This document shows positions 1-9,579 of a stretch of DNA of 32,000 nucleotides, piece by piece; the first letter of the stretch is position 1, and each line of letters starts with the position of its first letter. This DNA is from Thermodesulfobacterium commune DSM 2178 (GTDB lineage: Bacteria > Desulfobacterota > Thermodesulfobacteria > Thermodesulfobacteriales > Thermodesulfobacteriaceae): the NCBI RefSeq assembly GCF_000734015.1, contig NZ_CP008796.1, positions 1,080,001-1,112,000 on the forward strand, read 5' to 3'. The translations under genes and the position numbers were made by a program. The notes under the pieces are model-generated. The model searched no databases. It was not told the DNA's origin and worked only from the letters and a program-made list of their open reading frames with translations.

Positions 1-1296
1 GAAGACCTTCCTACCATCATAAAAGCAGCCTTTTATATAGCAAAAACAGGAAGACCTGGACCGGTTCTAGTGGACATACCTAAAGATATTCAACAAGCTA
101 AAGGTGAGTTTAATTACCCTGAAGAAATAAAACTAAGAAGTTACAATCCTGTTTACGAACCTCATATAAAGCAGATAGAAAGGGCTTATCAACTTTTAGA
201 AAACGCAGAAAGACCTGTCTTGATGTTAGGAGGAGGGATAATTTCTGCTAATGCTTCTGAAGAAGCGAGGAAATTAGCTGAAAAATTAAAATTACCGGTG
301 GTTATGACCCTGATGGGGTTAAGTGCTTTTCCTGGCGACCACGAACAGAGTTTGGGAATGTTAGGGATGCATGGTACCTACTATGCAAACATGGCAGTAG
401 CCAACTGTGACGTACTCTTAGCCGTAGGGGTACGTTTTGATGACCGAGTAACTGGCAAAGTAGATGCTTTTGCACCTGGAGCAAAAATCATTCATATAGA
501 TATAGACCCAAGTTCTATTCAAAAAAACGTAAAAGTTGACGTTCCTATAGTAGCAGATTGTAAAAGGGCTTTAAAACGGTTATTAGAGTTTGTAAAACAA
601 GGAGGAAAAGATAAAAAATACTGGGAAGAACGATTTACCGATTGGTGGGAACAGATTAACATCTGGAAAAGAAGGTATCCCTTGACCTACAAACAAGAAG
701 GAGATTACATAAAACCTCAGTTTGTGATAGAAAAACTATGGGAACTTACTAAAGGGGAGGCTATCATCGCCACCGAAGTAGGACAAAATCAGATGTGGAC
801 TGCGCTTTTTTATAAGTTTAAACATCCTCGGTCGCTTATTACCTCAGGTGGATTAGGCACGATGGGATTTGGTTTCCCAGCAGCAATTGGAGCCCAAATA
901 GGTAACCCTGATAAATTGGTAATAGATATAGCAGGAGATGGATCTATTCAGATGAATATTCAAGAATTAGCCACCGCTGTAGAGCAAAGACTTCCTATTA
1001 AAATCATCATTTTAAACAACGGGTTTTTAGGGATGGTCCGTCAATGGCAAGAACTTTTTTACGGAAAAAGATATTCTGCAGTTAAATTTCAGGTGATCCC
1101 TGACTTTGTTAAGTTAGCCGAAGCCTATGGAGCTGTAGGAATGAGAATAACCCGACCAGAAGAAGTTGAACCAGCGTTAAAAAAGGTTTTGCAAACGAAT
1201 TCTTTGGTAATCCTTGACATCCATATTGCTCCAGAAGAAGGGGTCTTTCCGATGGTACCTGCAGGAAAGGCCACCACAGAAATGATACTTTTATAA
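1..1296 (+). CDS. ilvB: Acetolactate (acetohydroxyacid) synthase large catalytic subunit; 5' end lies outside the window
   Basis: Frame 1 is open from base 1 (EDLPTIIKAAFYIAKTGRPGPVLVDIPKD...), so tracked ORF 70..1296 is only the part after the first Met. It has ThDP-enzyme motifs GLGTMGFGFPAAIGA and IAGDGSIQMN...NNGFLGMVRQWQ. The ACT-domain small subunit follows directly. Confidence 0.9.
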   Translation, partial: EDLPTIIKAAFYIAKTGRPGPVLVDIPKDIQQAKGEFNYPEEIKLRSYNPVYEPHIKQIERAYQLLENAERPVLMLGGGIISANASEEARKLAEKLKLPVVMTLMGLSAFPGDHEQSLGMLGMHGTYYANMAVANCDVLLAVGVRFDDRVTGKVDAFAPGAKIIHIDIDPSSIQKNVKVDVPIVADCKRALKRLLEFVKQGGKDKKYWEERFTDWWEQINIWKRRYPLTYKQEGDYIKPQFVIEKLWELTKGEAIIATEVGQNQMWTALFYKFKHPRSLITSGGLGTMGFGFPAAIGAQIGNPDKLVIDIAGDGSIQMNIQELATAVEQRLPIKIIILNNGFLGMVRQWQELFYGKRYSAVKFQVIPDFVKLAEAYGAVGMRITRPEEVEPALKKVLQTNSLVILDIHIAPEEGVFPMVPAGKATTEMILL

Positions 1297-1315
1297 TATG
1301 GAAAAGGGGGAATTT

Positions 1316-1813
1316 ATGGAAACCAAAAGATATACCCTTTCAGTCCTTGTAGAAAATACACCCGGAGCTCTTGCCAGAATAGCAGGACTTTTTAGCGGAA
1401 GAGGATTTAACATAGACAGCCTTTGTGTGGCCGAAACTTTAGACCCTACTCTTTCACATCTTACCTTGGTAACCCATGGGGACGAGCAAATATTAGAGCA
1501 AATCTTAAAGCAATTGAGAAGGCTTATAGATGTTTATAAAGTGGTTAACGTAACCGAAGAAGGAGATCACGTTGAAAGAGAAATGGCTCTTATCAAAGTA
1601 AAGGCTGAAAAGGAAAACAGAGATGAAATCTTTAGAATTTGTGAAATTTTTCGCTGTAAAATAGTAGACGTAAGTCCCAAAACCTATGTAATAGAAGTTA
1701 CAGGTGATAGAGATAAGTTGGAAGCAGTGATAGAATTACTTAAACCTATGGGGATCAAAGAAATCGTAAGAACAGGAGTTATAGCTATCAGAAGAGAAAA
1801 AAAATCCGGTTAA
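1316..1813 (+). CDS. ilvN: Acetolactate synthase small regulatory subunit (ACT domain)
   Basis: METKRYTLSVLVENTPGALARIAGLFSGRGFNIDSL is the canonical IlvN/IlvH N-terminus. I prefer ATG 1316 over ATG 1298 because AAGGGGG (1304-1310) sits 5 nt upstream of it as an SD. Confidence 0.85.
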   Translation: METKRYTLSVLVENTPGALARIAGLFSGRGFNIDSLCVAETLDPTLSHLTLVTHGDEQILEQILKQLRRLIDVYKVVNVTEEGDHVEREMALIKVKAEKENRDEIFRICEIFRCKIVDVSPKTYVIEVTGDRDKLEAVIELLKPMGIKEIVRTGVIAIRREKKSG

Positions 1814-1890
1814 AAATTAAGTCTTTCCTCTTGATTTTTCTATATCTCAAGTTATAAATGTTAATCAATTTTTACGGTTGAGGTGTCAAA

Positions 1891-3834
1891 ATGCTTAAAA
1901 TAGACATAAAACAGGGAAGTCTTACTGAAGAACAGATAAAATGGTTTGAAAAAGCTTTTAGAAGATGTGCTAGAAGGATTATTCTTTCTACTACTTTAGC
2001 AGGATGTGGGCATCCAGGTGGGTCTCTTTCTTCTTTAAGTTTACTTTTGGTAGTCTATTCTTTAGCTAAGGTTAACCCGCAAAATCCTAGGGCATTAGAA
2101 AGAGATAGAATCTTAATTAGCCATGGGCATATAAGTCCTGGGGTTTATAGTGTGCTTTGCGAATACGGCTTCTTTCCTGAAGAACCCTTTTTGATGGAAT
2201 TCAGAAGGGCTGGTTCTGCTTTCGCAGGGCATGTAGAACAATCAGTACCAGGGGTAGAATGGAACACAGGTAACCTTGGTCAAGGCCTTTCAGCAGCCTG
2301 TGGTATGGCTCAAGCGTTAAAACTTAAAAATCTTTCTAATCTTGTGTTTTGTTTTATGGGAGATGGAGAACAACAAAAGGGTCAAGTAATCGAGGCCAGA
2401 AGATGGGCGGTTAAATTTAAACTTGACAATCTTATCACCTTAATAGACTATAATCAGTTACAAATAGGGGGCAAAATTTCTGAAGTAATGCCGCAAGATT
2501 TGAAAGCAGAAATAGAAGCCACAAAATGGAATGTATTAGAGATCGACGGACACGACTTTCAACAGATTTTTCAAGCACTCAAGGTTGCCATCGAAAAAAA
2601 AGTATCTAATCCTGAACATCCTACAGCTATCATAGCCCACACGGTGATGGGCAAAGGAATTTCTTTTATGGAAAATGATCCTAAGTGGCATGGGATGGCT
2701 CTCCCAGAAGATCTAGCTAAGAAGGCTTTAGAAGAGTTAGGGTTTGACCCTGGTGAACTTGATGTTTTAAAAGAAAAAAGAAAAACCTGGAACGTCAGTT
2801 TTCCACACCAAAATTATGATCCTCTACCAATAGAACTAAAAATCCCAGCTCCTACGATTTATCCACCTGAGGTTAATACAGATTGTAGAAGTGCATATGG
2901 TAAAACATTGTTAAATCTTGCTAAAGAAAACAATCCTCCAACAGGAACTCCCAAAATTTTGGGTTTAACCTGTGACCTTGAAGGTTCGGTAAAAATGACA
3001 GATTTTAAAAAATGGTCTCCTCAGGCTTTTTTTGAATCAGGAATACAAGAACATCATACAGCTTCTGTAGCAGGCGCCCTCTCTAAAGAAGGATTTTCAG
3101 TATTTTTCTCTACCTTTGGAGTGTTTGCGATAGATGAAGTCTACAACCAACTAAGAATAAACAGTATCAATCGTACAGCGTTAAAGGTGGTAGCTACTCA
3201 CCTTGGAGCTGACGTAGGAGAAGATGGGCCTACTCATCAGTGTATAGATTATATAGGTCTTTTGTTAAATCTTTATGATTTTGAAATTTACATTACTGCT
3301 GACCCCAACCAAACAGACCATATCATAAGATATATAGCAGACAAACCTCGTAACATCTTCGTAGGAATGGGGCGGTCTAAACTGCCGGTGGTTACCAAGG
3401 AAGATGGAAGTCCTTACTTTGACGAAAATTATACCTTTATTCCTGGCAAGGCTGATTGGATAAGACAAGGTGATAAAGGAGTTATTATTACCTACGGTAC
3501 GATGATACCTTATGCTTTAAAAGCTTGGGAAATTCTAAATTCTGAAGGAATTAAAGTAAGCCTTTTAAATGTAGCCTCTATAAGGCCTTTTCCAGAAAAA
3601 GACTTATTAAAAGCCTCTGAATTAAAAAATCTTATCATCGTAGAGGATCATCTGGTAGAAACAGGTCTTGGTACAAGGATAGCCAGTTTTTTTGGGCTCA
3701 AACAAATTAAAGTAAATCTTAAACTATTAGGACATAAAACTATTTGCTCCTCTGGTAAACCTTCGGAACTTTTTAAACAAGCAGGGTTAGACCCAGAAAG
3801 TATTGCTCATACCATGAAACAAATGTTAAAATAA
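1891..3834 (+). CDS. tkt: Transketolase (single 647-aa polypeptide)
   Basis: ThDP motifs GHPGGSLSS and GDGEQQKGQ...NLITLIDYN; the C-terminal pyrimidine-binding/transketolase-C part has GIQEHHTASVAGAL and GEDGPTHQCIDY. Confidence 0.85.
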   Translation: MLKIDIKQGSLTEEQIKWFEKAFRRCARRIILSTTLAGCGHPGGSLSSLSLLLVVYSLAKVNPQNPRALERDRILISHGHISPGVYSVLCEYGFFPEEPFLMEFRRAGSAFAGHVEQSVPGVEWNTGNLGQGLSAACGMAQALKLKNLSNLVFCFMGDGEQQKGQVIEARRWAVKFKLDNLITLIDYNQLQIGGKISEVMPQDLKAEIEATKWNVLEIDGHDFQQIFQALKVAIEKKVSNPEHPTAIIAHTVMGKGISFMENDPKWHGMALPEDLAKKALEELGFDPGELDVLKEKRKTWNVSFPHQNYDPLPIELKIPAPTIYPPEVNTDCRSAYGKTLLNLAKENNPPTGTPKILGLTCDLEGSVKMTDFKKWSPQAFFESGIQEHHTASVAGALSKEGFSVFFSTFGVFAIDEVYNQLRINSINRTALKVVATHLGADVGEDGPTHQCIDYIGLLLNLYDFEIYITADPNQTDHIIRYIADKPRNIFVGMGRSKLPVVTKEDGSPYFDENYTFIPGKADWIRQGDKGVIITYGTMIPYALKAWEILNSEGIKVSLLNVASIRPFPEKDLLKASELKNLIIVEDHLVETGLGTRIASFFGLKQIKVNLKLLGHKTICSSGKPSELFKQAGLDPESIAHTMKQMLK

Positions 3835-4577
3835 TGAATTCCCAGATTAAAGAAGTAGAGGAGAAAAAACTAAGTCTAATTGAACACTTATTAGAACTTA
3901 GAGCTTGTCTAATAAAGGCATTTATTGGTTGGGTTATTGCTTCTGTAATTGCTTATTTTTTAGCAGACCACATCATAGATTTATTATTAAAACCTTTAAT
4001 GAAAGCTATACCTCAACAGAATTATGTATTTTTCCGTACCTTTCCTGAAGTTTTTGCTTCTTATCTTAAACTTTCTATAATAACAGGTTTTATTTTTGGT
4101 AGTCCTTATATTTTTTATCAACTGTGGTCCTTTATCGCCCCTGGACTTTATCCTCATGAACAAAAATGGGTAAAAACTGCAGTATTTTTAACCTCTTTTG
4201 CGTTTATTTTAGGAGACCTTTTGGCTTATTTCTTTTTTTTACCGTTTATTCTTAAATTCCTTTATTCTTTTGGGGAAAAATTTCTGGTTTTTAAACCTTT
4301 TTTAAAAGACTATATAAGTTTTTGTCTTCGTTTTTTTTTAATCATAGGGGCGGTGTTTCAAATACCATCTTTTATGGTTTTACTTAATCGGTTAGAAATA
4401 GTAAACTACGAAGGATTTAAAAAATTTAGACCTTATGCAATCCTTCTCGCCTTTTTTATAAGCGCTATACTAACTGGTGGAGGAGATCCTTTTAACCAAA
4501 TTATTTTAGCCATACCCTTGACACTATTATATGAAACAGGTATAATTTTAATCAGGTTATTTAAAACACTTAAATAA
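3834..4577 (+). CDS. tatC: Twin-arginine translocase subunit TatC
   Basis: N-terminus LSLIEHLLELRACLIKA... followed by 6 hydrophobic segments; ATG overlaps the tkt TAA by 1 nt; tatA follows. Confidence 0.85.
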   Translation: MNSQIKEVEEKKLSLIEHLLELRACLIKAFIGWVIASVIAYFLADHIIDLLLKPLMKAIPQQNYVFFRTFPEVFASYLKLSIITGFIFGSPYIFYQLWSFIAPGLYPHEQKWVKTAVFLTSFAFILGDLLAYFFFLPFILKFLYSFGEKFLVFKPFLKDYISFCLRFFLIIGAVFQIPSFMVLLNRLEIVNYEGFKKFRPYAILLAFFISAILTGGGDPFNQIILAIPLTLLYETGIILIRLFKTLK

Positions 4578-4594
4578 AAAGGAGGCTTTCTGAT

Positions 4595-4816
4595 ATGTTA
4601 CCCAGCTTAGGAGGTCAAGAGCTTTTTATAATACTTTTCTTAGCTTTACTCTTGTTTGGGGCTAAACGTTTACCTGAAGTAGGAGCAGGGTTAGGGAAAG
4701 GTATAAAATCCTTTAAAGAAGCTCTTCGTTCTGCCGACGTCAAAGAAGATTTAGAAAAATTAGAAAATCAAAAAGAAGAAAAATCTAAAACTCAAGAAAC
4801 TTCTAATAAAGTTTAA
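4595..4816 (+). CDS. tatA: Twin-arginine translocase subunit TatA/E
   Basis: 73 aa; ELFIILFLALLLFGAKRLPEVGAGLGKGIKSFKEA is the TatA TM helix plus amphipathic helix signature; SD AAGGAGG lies upstream. Confidence 0.85.
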   Translation: MLPSLGGQELFIILFLALLLFGAKRLPEVGAGLGKGIKSFKEALRSADVKEDLEKLENQKEEKSKTQETSNKV

Positions 4817-4896
4817 ATCTTAATAATCTCTTGATTTTGATCACTTTTTTTCAGGTTAAATTTTTTATTTTTAAAATTTAAAAATTTATTCAAAAA

Positions 4897-4931
4897 TAAA
4901 ACAGGGGGGACTTTAAGTCCCCCCTGTTTTA
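4897..4931. terminator. Bidirectional rho-independent terminator between convergent tatA and dsrD
   Basis: Perfect hairpin AAAACAGGGGGGAC-TTTAA-GTCCCCCCTGTTTT (14-bp stem, 5-nt loop) with an A-run 5' and a T-run 3'. Confidence 0.75.
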
Positions 4932-4949
4932 TTAAATTATTGGCTAACT

Positions 4950-5207
4950 TTATTCTTTAGGTTTTTCTACTCCTGCTTCCAACCCCATACCTACGCCAGG
5001 TAATCCAAACATAACCGTACTACCAGTAGAGAAATACTCTAACTTCCCTTCTCTTACCAACTCGTTAGCAGCATTCTTAATCTCACGGGGGTTGGCATCA
5101 GGAATTTCTCTTTGTAAATCTTTTAAATAGATCTTAGTTTTACCACCTTTTTTAACCTTTTCTTCCATTATTTGAAGTATCTTCTGTTTCAATTCTTCTT
5201 TATCCAT
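4950..5207 (-). CDS. dsrD: DsrD, small winged-helix protein of the dissimilatory sulfite reductase locus
   Basis: 85 aa, directly downstream of dsrB. KLEYFSTGSTVMFGLPG matches the DsrD LEYWSSGSTTMYGLKG motif as I remember it from Desulfovibrio. Confidence 0.8.
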   Translation of the reverse strand: MDKEELKQKILQIMEEKVKKGGKTKIYLKDLQREIPDANPREIKNAANELVREGKLEYFSTGSTVMFGLPGVGMGLEAGVEKPKE

Positions 5208-5241
5208 AACACACTCCTTTTCAAAGTTTTTTATTTTAATT

Positions 5242-6498
5242 TTACTTAAAAAGTTCTACTTTATAATTTTCCGGAGCATTAAATACTTCATCTACATGTT
5301 TGGTGAACTTAAAGTGCATAGAAGTTCTGTAGGTAGTATAAGCAAGTCTGTAATCGTCAATACACTTTTCAGTAAATGGAATACCGGTTAATTCAAAGAA
5401 TCTTTCCCAACCAATTCTGTTAATCCAAGTACCAATCCTTTCGTACTTATTAGCATGCTGAGAATAGATCTCAATAATCTTTTTAATCCATTTAACAGTG
5501 GTTGGCCAACGAGGAGGTTCATTAGGAATATAAGGTATTACTACTCTTGAAAATTCAGGAGGAGTAATCCTGTTAGAAACCTTTCCACCGACCACAATAG
5601 CAATACCATCACCTTCTCCGTCAGCAATAGGTAAAGCTGGACACATGGTATAACAGTTACCACAGAACATACAACGATCTACATTTATTCTAACTGTCTT
5701 TTTCTTCTTACCATCTACTTCAGCAGTAGCAGGTTTGATAGCACCTAAAGGACAGGAAGCTATAACCAATGGTATTTCACAAACATGTTCTAACCTTTCG
5801 TCTTCAACCAAAGGTGGTTTTCTGTGAATACCAACCAAGGCAAGGTCAGAACAATGCACAGCACCACACATGTTAAGACAACAGGCAAGGGCTAACTTAG
5901 TCTTTGCAGGAAGTTTATGAGATCCAAAGTATTCAAATAGTTCATCCATGATAGCCTTAACTATACCGGAAGCGTCGATAGCAGGAGTATGACAGTGGAT
6001 CCATCCCTGGGTATGGACTATGTTGCTAATACCTGCCCCTGTACCACCGATAGGAAACTTATAAGAACCATTAGGATGTTTCCTGTTTTTCAAGTCTTCT
6101 ATAAGAGCCTTTAAAGTTTCTTCATCAGTTACATGAAATTCTACGTTATTACGGGTAGTCCAGCGTACATAACCGCCACAATATTTATCTGCGATCTCAC
6201 AAATTTCTCTGATGTAGTCTGTAGTTTCCAAACGAGGGGTACCACATCTTACCACATAAACTACATCACCTGTTTCAGACTTATACTTTAAAACCCCAGG
6301 TTGGATTATCTCATGAGAAACCCATTTACCATAGTTTTTCTGAATAACAGGTGGCATAAACTGCCAGAAATAAGGAGGTCCTATATCAGTAATTCTGTTT
6401 TCCATGGGTTTTTCAGGGTTATACAACTTTTCTGCCAAAGTTGGATCATAGGGCTGTGTATAAATCGGGTCTAACTCTTTAAATTTTTCAATTCCCAT
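5242..6498 (-). CDS. dsrB: Dissimilatory sulfite reductase beta subunit
   Basis: [17 protein letters not shown]-terminal signature; sirohaem/[4Fe-4S] cysteines ([24 protein letters not shown]); ferredoxin-like insert CPLGAI...[12 protein letters not shown]; SD AAGGAGGG before the ATG. Confidence 0.9.
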   Translation of the reverse strand: MGIEKFKELDPIYTQPYDPTLAEKLYNPEKPMENRITDIGPPYFWQFMPPVIQKNYGKWVSHEIIQPGVLKYKSETGDVVYVVRCGTPRLETTDYIREICEIADKYCGGYVRWTTRNNVEFHVTDEETLKALIEDLKNRKHPNGSYKFPIGGTGAGISNIVHTQGWIHCHTPAIDASGIVKAIMDELFEYFGSHKLPAKTKLALACCLNMCGAVHCSDLALVGIHRKPPLVEDERLEHVCEIPLVIASCPLGAIKPATAEVDGKKKKTVRINVDRCMFCGNCYTMCPALPIADGEGDGIAIVVGGKVSNRITPPEFSRVVIPYIPNEPPRWPTTVKWIKKIIEIYSQHANKYERIGTWINRIGWERFFELTGIPFTEKCIDDYRLAYTTYRTSMHFKFTKHVDEVFNAPENYKVELFK

Positions 6499-6556
6499 TT
6501 TACCCTCCTTTTATTTTAAAATATTTAGGTCTTTATTCATCAAATCCATCCTCACC

Positions 6557-7855
6557 TTAAGCAGGGTGGCGTTTTCTAAATTCAGCCACGTCTCTGGTCC
6601 AACCACCCTCAACCTCTTCTTCCTTCCAGAAGATGTATGGGTTGTCACGAGGTACTCTTACATGCTGAGGAATAGGTGTAAGTCCCATAACCTCGGTGAT
6701 AAACTTGTTCAAACCAATTCTCTGGATAAGTTCACCGATACGTTCACGGTTCTTTCCATTTTCCATCCAATAATCCCAGGCCTTATAGATAAAATCTTTA
6801 AGTTCATCATAAGGTGGTTCCACCTTCATAAAAGGAACAATAAGGGTAGAAAGCTGAGCACCTTCTAAGATCGGGGCTTTAGCTCCGATCAATATAGCGA
6901 TACCGGTATCTTGACCAGGTCTTAAAGCCTCTGGCATAACAGCTATACAGTGCATACACCTGTTGCATTCACTGTTGTTGATATAAAGCTTCTGCTCGTT
7001 TTCATCCCAGTACATACACTTGGTAGGACAAAGGTCAATAACTTCCTTCTTAATATCAAAAGGACCCCAGTCTCTGTCAGAAAAAGCACCTGCATTAGGT
7101 TTAAGCTCACCCCTTACATAGGCTCTTACTGCTTCTTGATCTATTCTAATTTCATCTCTCCAAGTACCTATGAAAGACATGTCAGCTCTTGCTACAGCAG
7201 CCACACAATCTAAGGGACATCCAGAAAATTTAAACTTAAACTTATATGGAAATGCAGGACGGTGCAATTCATCTTGGAAAGCCATGGTTAACTCATAGTC
7301 TAATTCTTGAACATCTATCAAAGCCCACTCACAACGAGACTTACCCACGCAGCAAGCAGGGCTTCTTAAGTTAGAACCAGAACCACCAAGATCCCAATGA
7401 AGCTGATGAGTTAAGTCAAAAAAGATAGGCTCAAGCTGGTCAGTAACCGTACCTAAAAGGATGATATCACCGGTAGAACCATGAAAGTTAACAATACCAC
7501 TACCCCTATGATCCCACATATCACAGAGTTTCCTTAAAGCTGAAGTATGATACCACTTTCCTGCGGTATGGTGCACACGGATAGTATGGAAAGCCCAGAT
7601 AGCAGGGAATCTTTCCTGCTGGTCAGAATAACGCCCAATAACTCCACCACCATAACCAAACACACCAACAATACCACCGTGCTTCCAATGGGTCTCTTTG
7701 TGGGTATAGGAAAGCTCCATTTGACCCATTATGTCAAAACAGGCTTGTTTCTTGTGCTTCTCACCATAAGAATAAATGTCATCAACAAAACTTGGCCAAG
7801 GACCAGTCTTAAGCTGGTCTATTTTCGGTGTATCATGTTTTTTCACCTCGCCCAT
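6557..7855 (-). CDS. dsrA: Dissimilatory sulfite reductase alpha subunit
   Basis: TPKIDQLKTGPWPSFV, ETHWKHGGIVGVFGYGGGVIGRY and HGSTGDIILLGT are classic DsrA blocks; ferredoxin domain CNRCMHCI; SD AGGGAGGG before the ATG. Confidence 0.9.
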   Translation of the reverse strand: MGEVKKHDTPKIDQLKTGPWPSFVDDIYSYGEKHKKQACFDIMGQMELSYTHKETHWKHGGIVGVFGYGGGVIGRYSDQQERFPAIWAFHTIRVHHTAGKWYHTSALRKLCDMWDHRGSGIVNFHGSTGDIILLGTVTDQLEPIFFDLTHQLHWDLGGSGSNLRSPACCVGKSRCEWALIDVQELDYELTMAFQDELHRPAFPYKFKFKFSGCPLDCVAAVARADMSFIGTWRDEIRIDQEAVRAYVRGELKPNAGAFSDRDWGPFDIKKEVIDLCPTKCMYWDENEQKLYINNSECNRCMHCIAVMPEALRPGQDTGIAILIGAKAPILEGAQLSTLIVPFMKVEPPYDELKDFIYKAWDYWMENGKNRERIGELIQRIGLNKFITEVMGLTPIPQHVRVPRDNPYIFWKEEEVEGGWTRDVAEFRKRHPA

Positions 7856-7887
7856 TGTACCCTCCCTACAGTTTTTGTATAGAATAC

Positions 7888-7915
7888 ATTTTATTGATCT
7901 TTAATTTTATGTCAA
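7888..7915 (-). promoter_or_regulatory. Putative sigma70-type dsrA promoter
   Basis: On the minus strand: TTGACA (7915-7910), a 16-nt spacer, then TAAAAT (7893-7888), about 30 nt upstream of the dsrA ATG. This is a motif match only. Confidence 0.4.
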
Positions 7916-8060
7916 GAATAAAAAATTTAAATTAAGGTTGATTTTCTAACTAATTCTTCAAATTTTTCTTTTTTACTTTGTTTTTTTAGTTTTTTTTATC
8001 TTTTGCTACTGTAAAATTTTGGTTGCCTTAGATAAATTTTTAGATATACTCAAAAACGTT

Positions 8061-8738
8061 ATGGAAATTTTTGTTATAGAAAAGGTAACCAAAGTTTATA
8101 ACCCCTATTTTAAAGTGCTGGATGAAGTATCTTTTATCGTAAAAGAAGGAGATTTTTTGATCTTAACCGGACCGACTGGAGCAGGTAAAACCACCCTTCT
8201 AAAGTTACTTTACCGAGAAGAAAAACCTACTGACGGAGAAATATTTTACAAAAACTTCCCTTACTCTAAGCTCAATAAACGACATTTTTTACATCTAAGA
8301 CGCAATTGGGGGATCATTTTTCAAGATTACAAACTAATACCAGACTTAACGGTTTTTGAAAATATAAAAATCTCTTTAATCTTAAGTCAAAAAAAAGTAC
8401 CTAAAATAAAATTTCACATCTTAAACTATCTTGAAAGATTTAACCTTGCTGCCAAGGCCTTCAAAAAAGTAAAAGAACTTTCAGGAGGTGAACAACAGAA
8501 AGTAGGTATCGTAAGAGCTATCATTAGAGACCCTGAATTGTTAATAGCTGATGAACCTACAGGAAATCTTGATCCTGAAAGCATAAGGGAAATTATTAAG
8601 ATATTTCAAGAATATCAACAAGCAGGAAAAACGGTAATTCTTGCTACCCATGACCCAGTTATCCTACAACTTAACGCGGGAAAAATTCTTAGATTAGAAC
8701 AAGGAAGGTTGGTAGGAAATGTTCAAACTTCTTGCTAA
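8061..8738 (+). CDS. ftsE: Cell-division ABC ATPase FtsE
   Basis: Walker A GPTGAGKTT, signature LSGGEQQKV, Walker B LLIADEPT; followed by an overlapping FtsX-like permease. ATG 8061 (MEIFVIEKVTKVY) is preferred to the tracked TTG 8019. Confidence 0.75.
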   Translation: MEIFVIEKVTKVYNPYFKVLDEVSFIVKEGDFLILTGPTGAGKTTLLKLLYREEKPTDGEIFYKNFPYSKLNKRHFLHLRRNWGIIFQDYKLIPDLTVFENIKISLILSQKKVPKIKFHILNYLERFNLAAKAFKKVKELSGGEQQKVGIVRAIIRDPELLIADEPTGNLDPESIREIIKIFQEYQQAGKTVILATHDPVILQLNAGKILRLEQGRLVGNVQTSC

Positions 8739-9579
8739 GTTAGAGATTAAAAAGGGTTTACTTTATTATCTTTTTTTTATCCTATTTTTCTTTTTTTGGA
8801 ACTTTTTTTCTTTAGCCCTTATTTATGCTTATGGAGTTTTATTTACCTTAGAAAAACACTGGAAAGATCAAATAACCTTAACCCTCTTTTATTATCCTAA
8901 AGACCAAGAGCAGTTAGAACTTTTTATTAAAGGACTGCAAAACAGCTTTTCTTCTTTCACAGAAAAAATTGAAGTAGTTACTCCAGAAATGGTCCTAAAC
9001 CAAGCTCAAAAAAACCTTCCCAAAGAAATAACCCAAATTTTTACTGAAGAAGAGCTCAAGGAAAACTTACCTTTTCTCATCAAAATTTATCCTAAATCTT
9101 TGGGAAGTTATATAGAACTTACAGAGCGTTTAAAACTAATCGCCGCCTCAACTCCTGCTTTAGAGCTTCAAAACCCTAAATATTTTAAGTTTCTAAAACT
9201 AAGCTTTTTTCTCAAATCAGGGATAATCGGGTTTTGGTTTAGCTGGATAATAGTTTATCTCGGGGCTATTTTTTTTATAAATAACTTATTAAACAACCTG
9301 CTTTATCAACAATATAAACTGATCCTTCTTTTAGGAGGTAATCCTTTTTATCTAAAATTCATCAGGTTGGGTTTTTTGGTTTCTCTCATAACCTTAGGAT
9401 TCTTTAGTTCAGGGGCTACCTTTTACTTAGCAGTAAATTCTTTAACAAGTATCATAAACTTTCCTCTTTTAGATATTTTCTGGGTAAATCCCTGGTATTC
9501 TTTGGTGTATTTTATCCTTTTGGTAGTATTAATACCTTTTTTAAGTGTGTGGATAAGTTTTTGGGGTTATGAAATATAG
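8719..9579 (+). CDS. ftsX: FtsX-like cell-division permease
   Basis: Has FtsX topology: TM1, a ~115-aa extracytoplasmic loop, then 3 C-terminal TMs. It overlaps ftsE by 20 nt. Confidence 0.65.
   Translation: MFKLLAKLEIKKGLLYYLFFILFFFFWNFFSLALIYAYGVLFTLEKHWKDQITLTLFYYPKDQEQLELFIKGLQNSFSSFTEKIEVVTPEMVLNQAQKNLPKEITQIFTEEELKENLPFLIKIYPKSLGSYIELTERLKLIAASTPALELQNPKYFKFLKLSFFLKSGIIGFWFSWIIVYLGAIFFINNLLNNLLYQQYKLILLLGGNPFYLKFIRLGFLVSLITLGFFSSGATFYLAVNSLTSIINFPLLDIFWVNPWYSLVYFILLVVLIPFLSVWISFWGYEI

Noticed and set aside
4861-4896. AT-only near-palindrome (ATTTTTAAAATTTAAAAAT) upstream of the tatA/dsrD terminator; also a general scan for CRISPR-like or tandem repeats
   Set aside because: It is an imperfect, low-complexity A/T run typical of AT-rich intergenic DNA. 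I saw no spaced direct repeats anywhere in the window.
6566-7882. Three plus-strand ORFs (6566..6868, 6950..7213, 7547..7882) inside dsrA
   Set aside because: They are antisense shadows of a strongly supported, highly conserved gene. Their composition is low-complexity (S/T/L/F-rich), and they have no SD and no recognisable motifs.
8019-8060. TTG-initiated 14-codon extension of ftsE, and likewise 1298 for ilvN, 10257 for the FmdB-like gene, 17293 for yjbQ and 21416 for the rhodanese
   Set aside because: Downstream ATGs match the family N-termini. For ilvN, the FmdB-like gene and the rhodanese they are also better placed relative to SD-like sequences.
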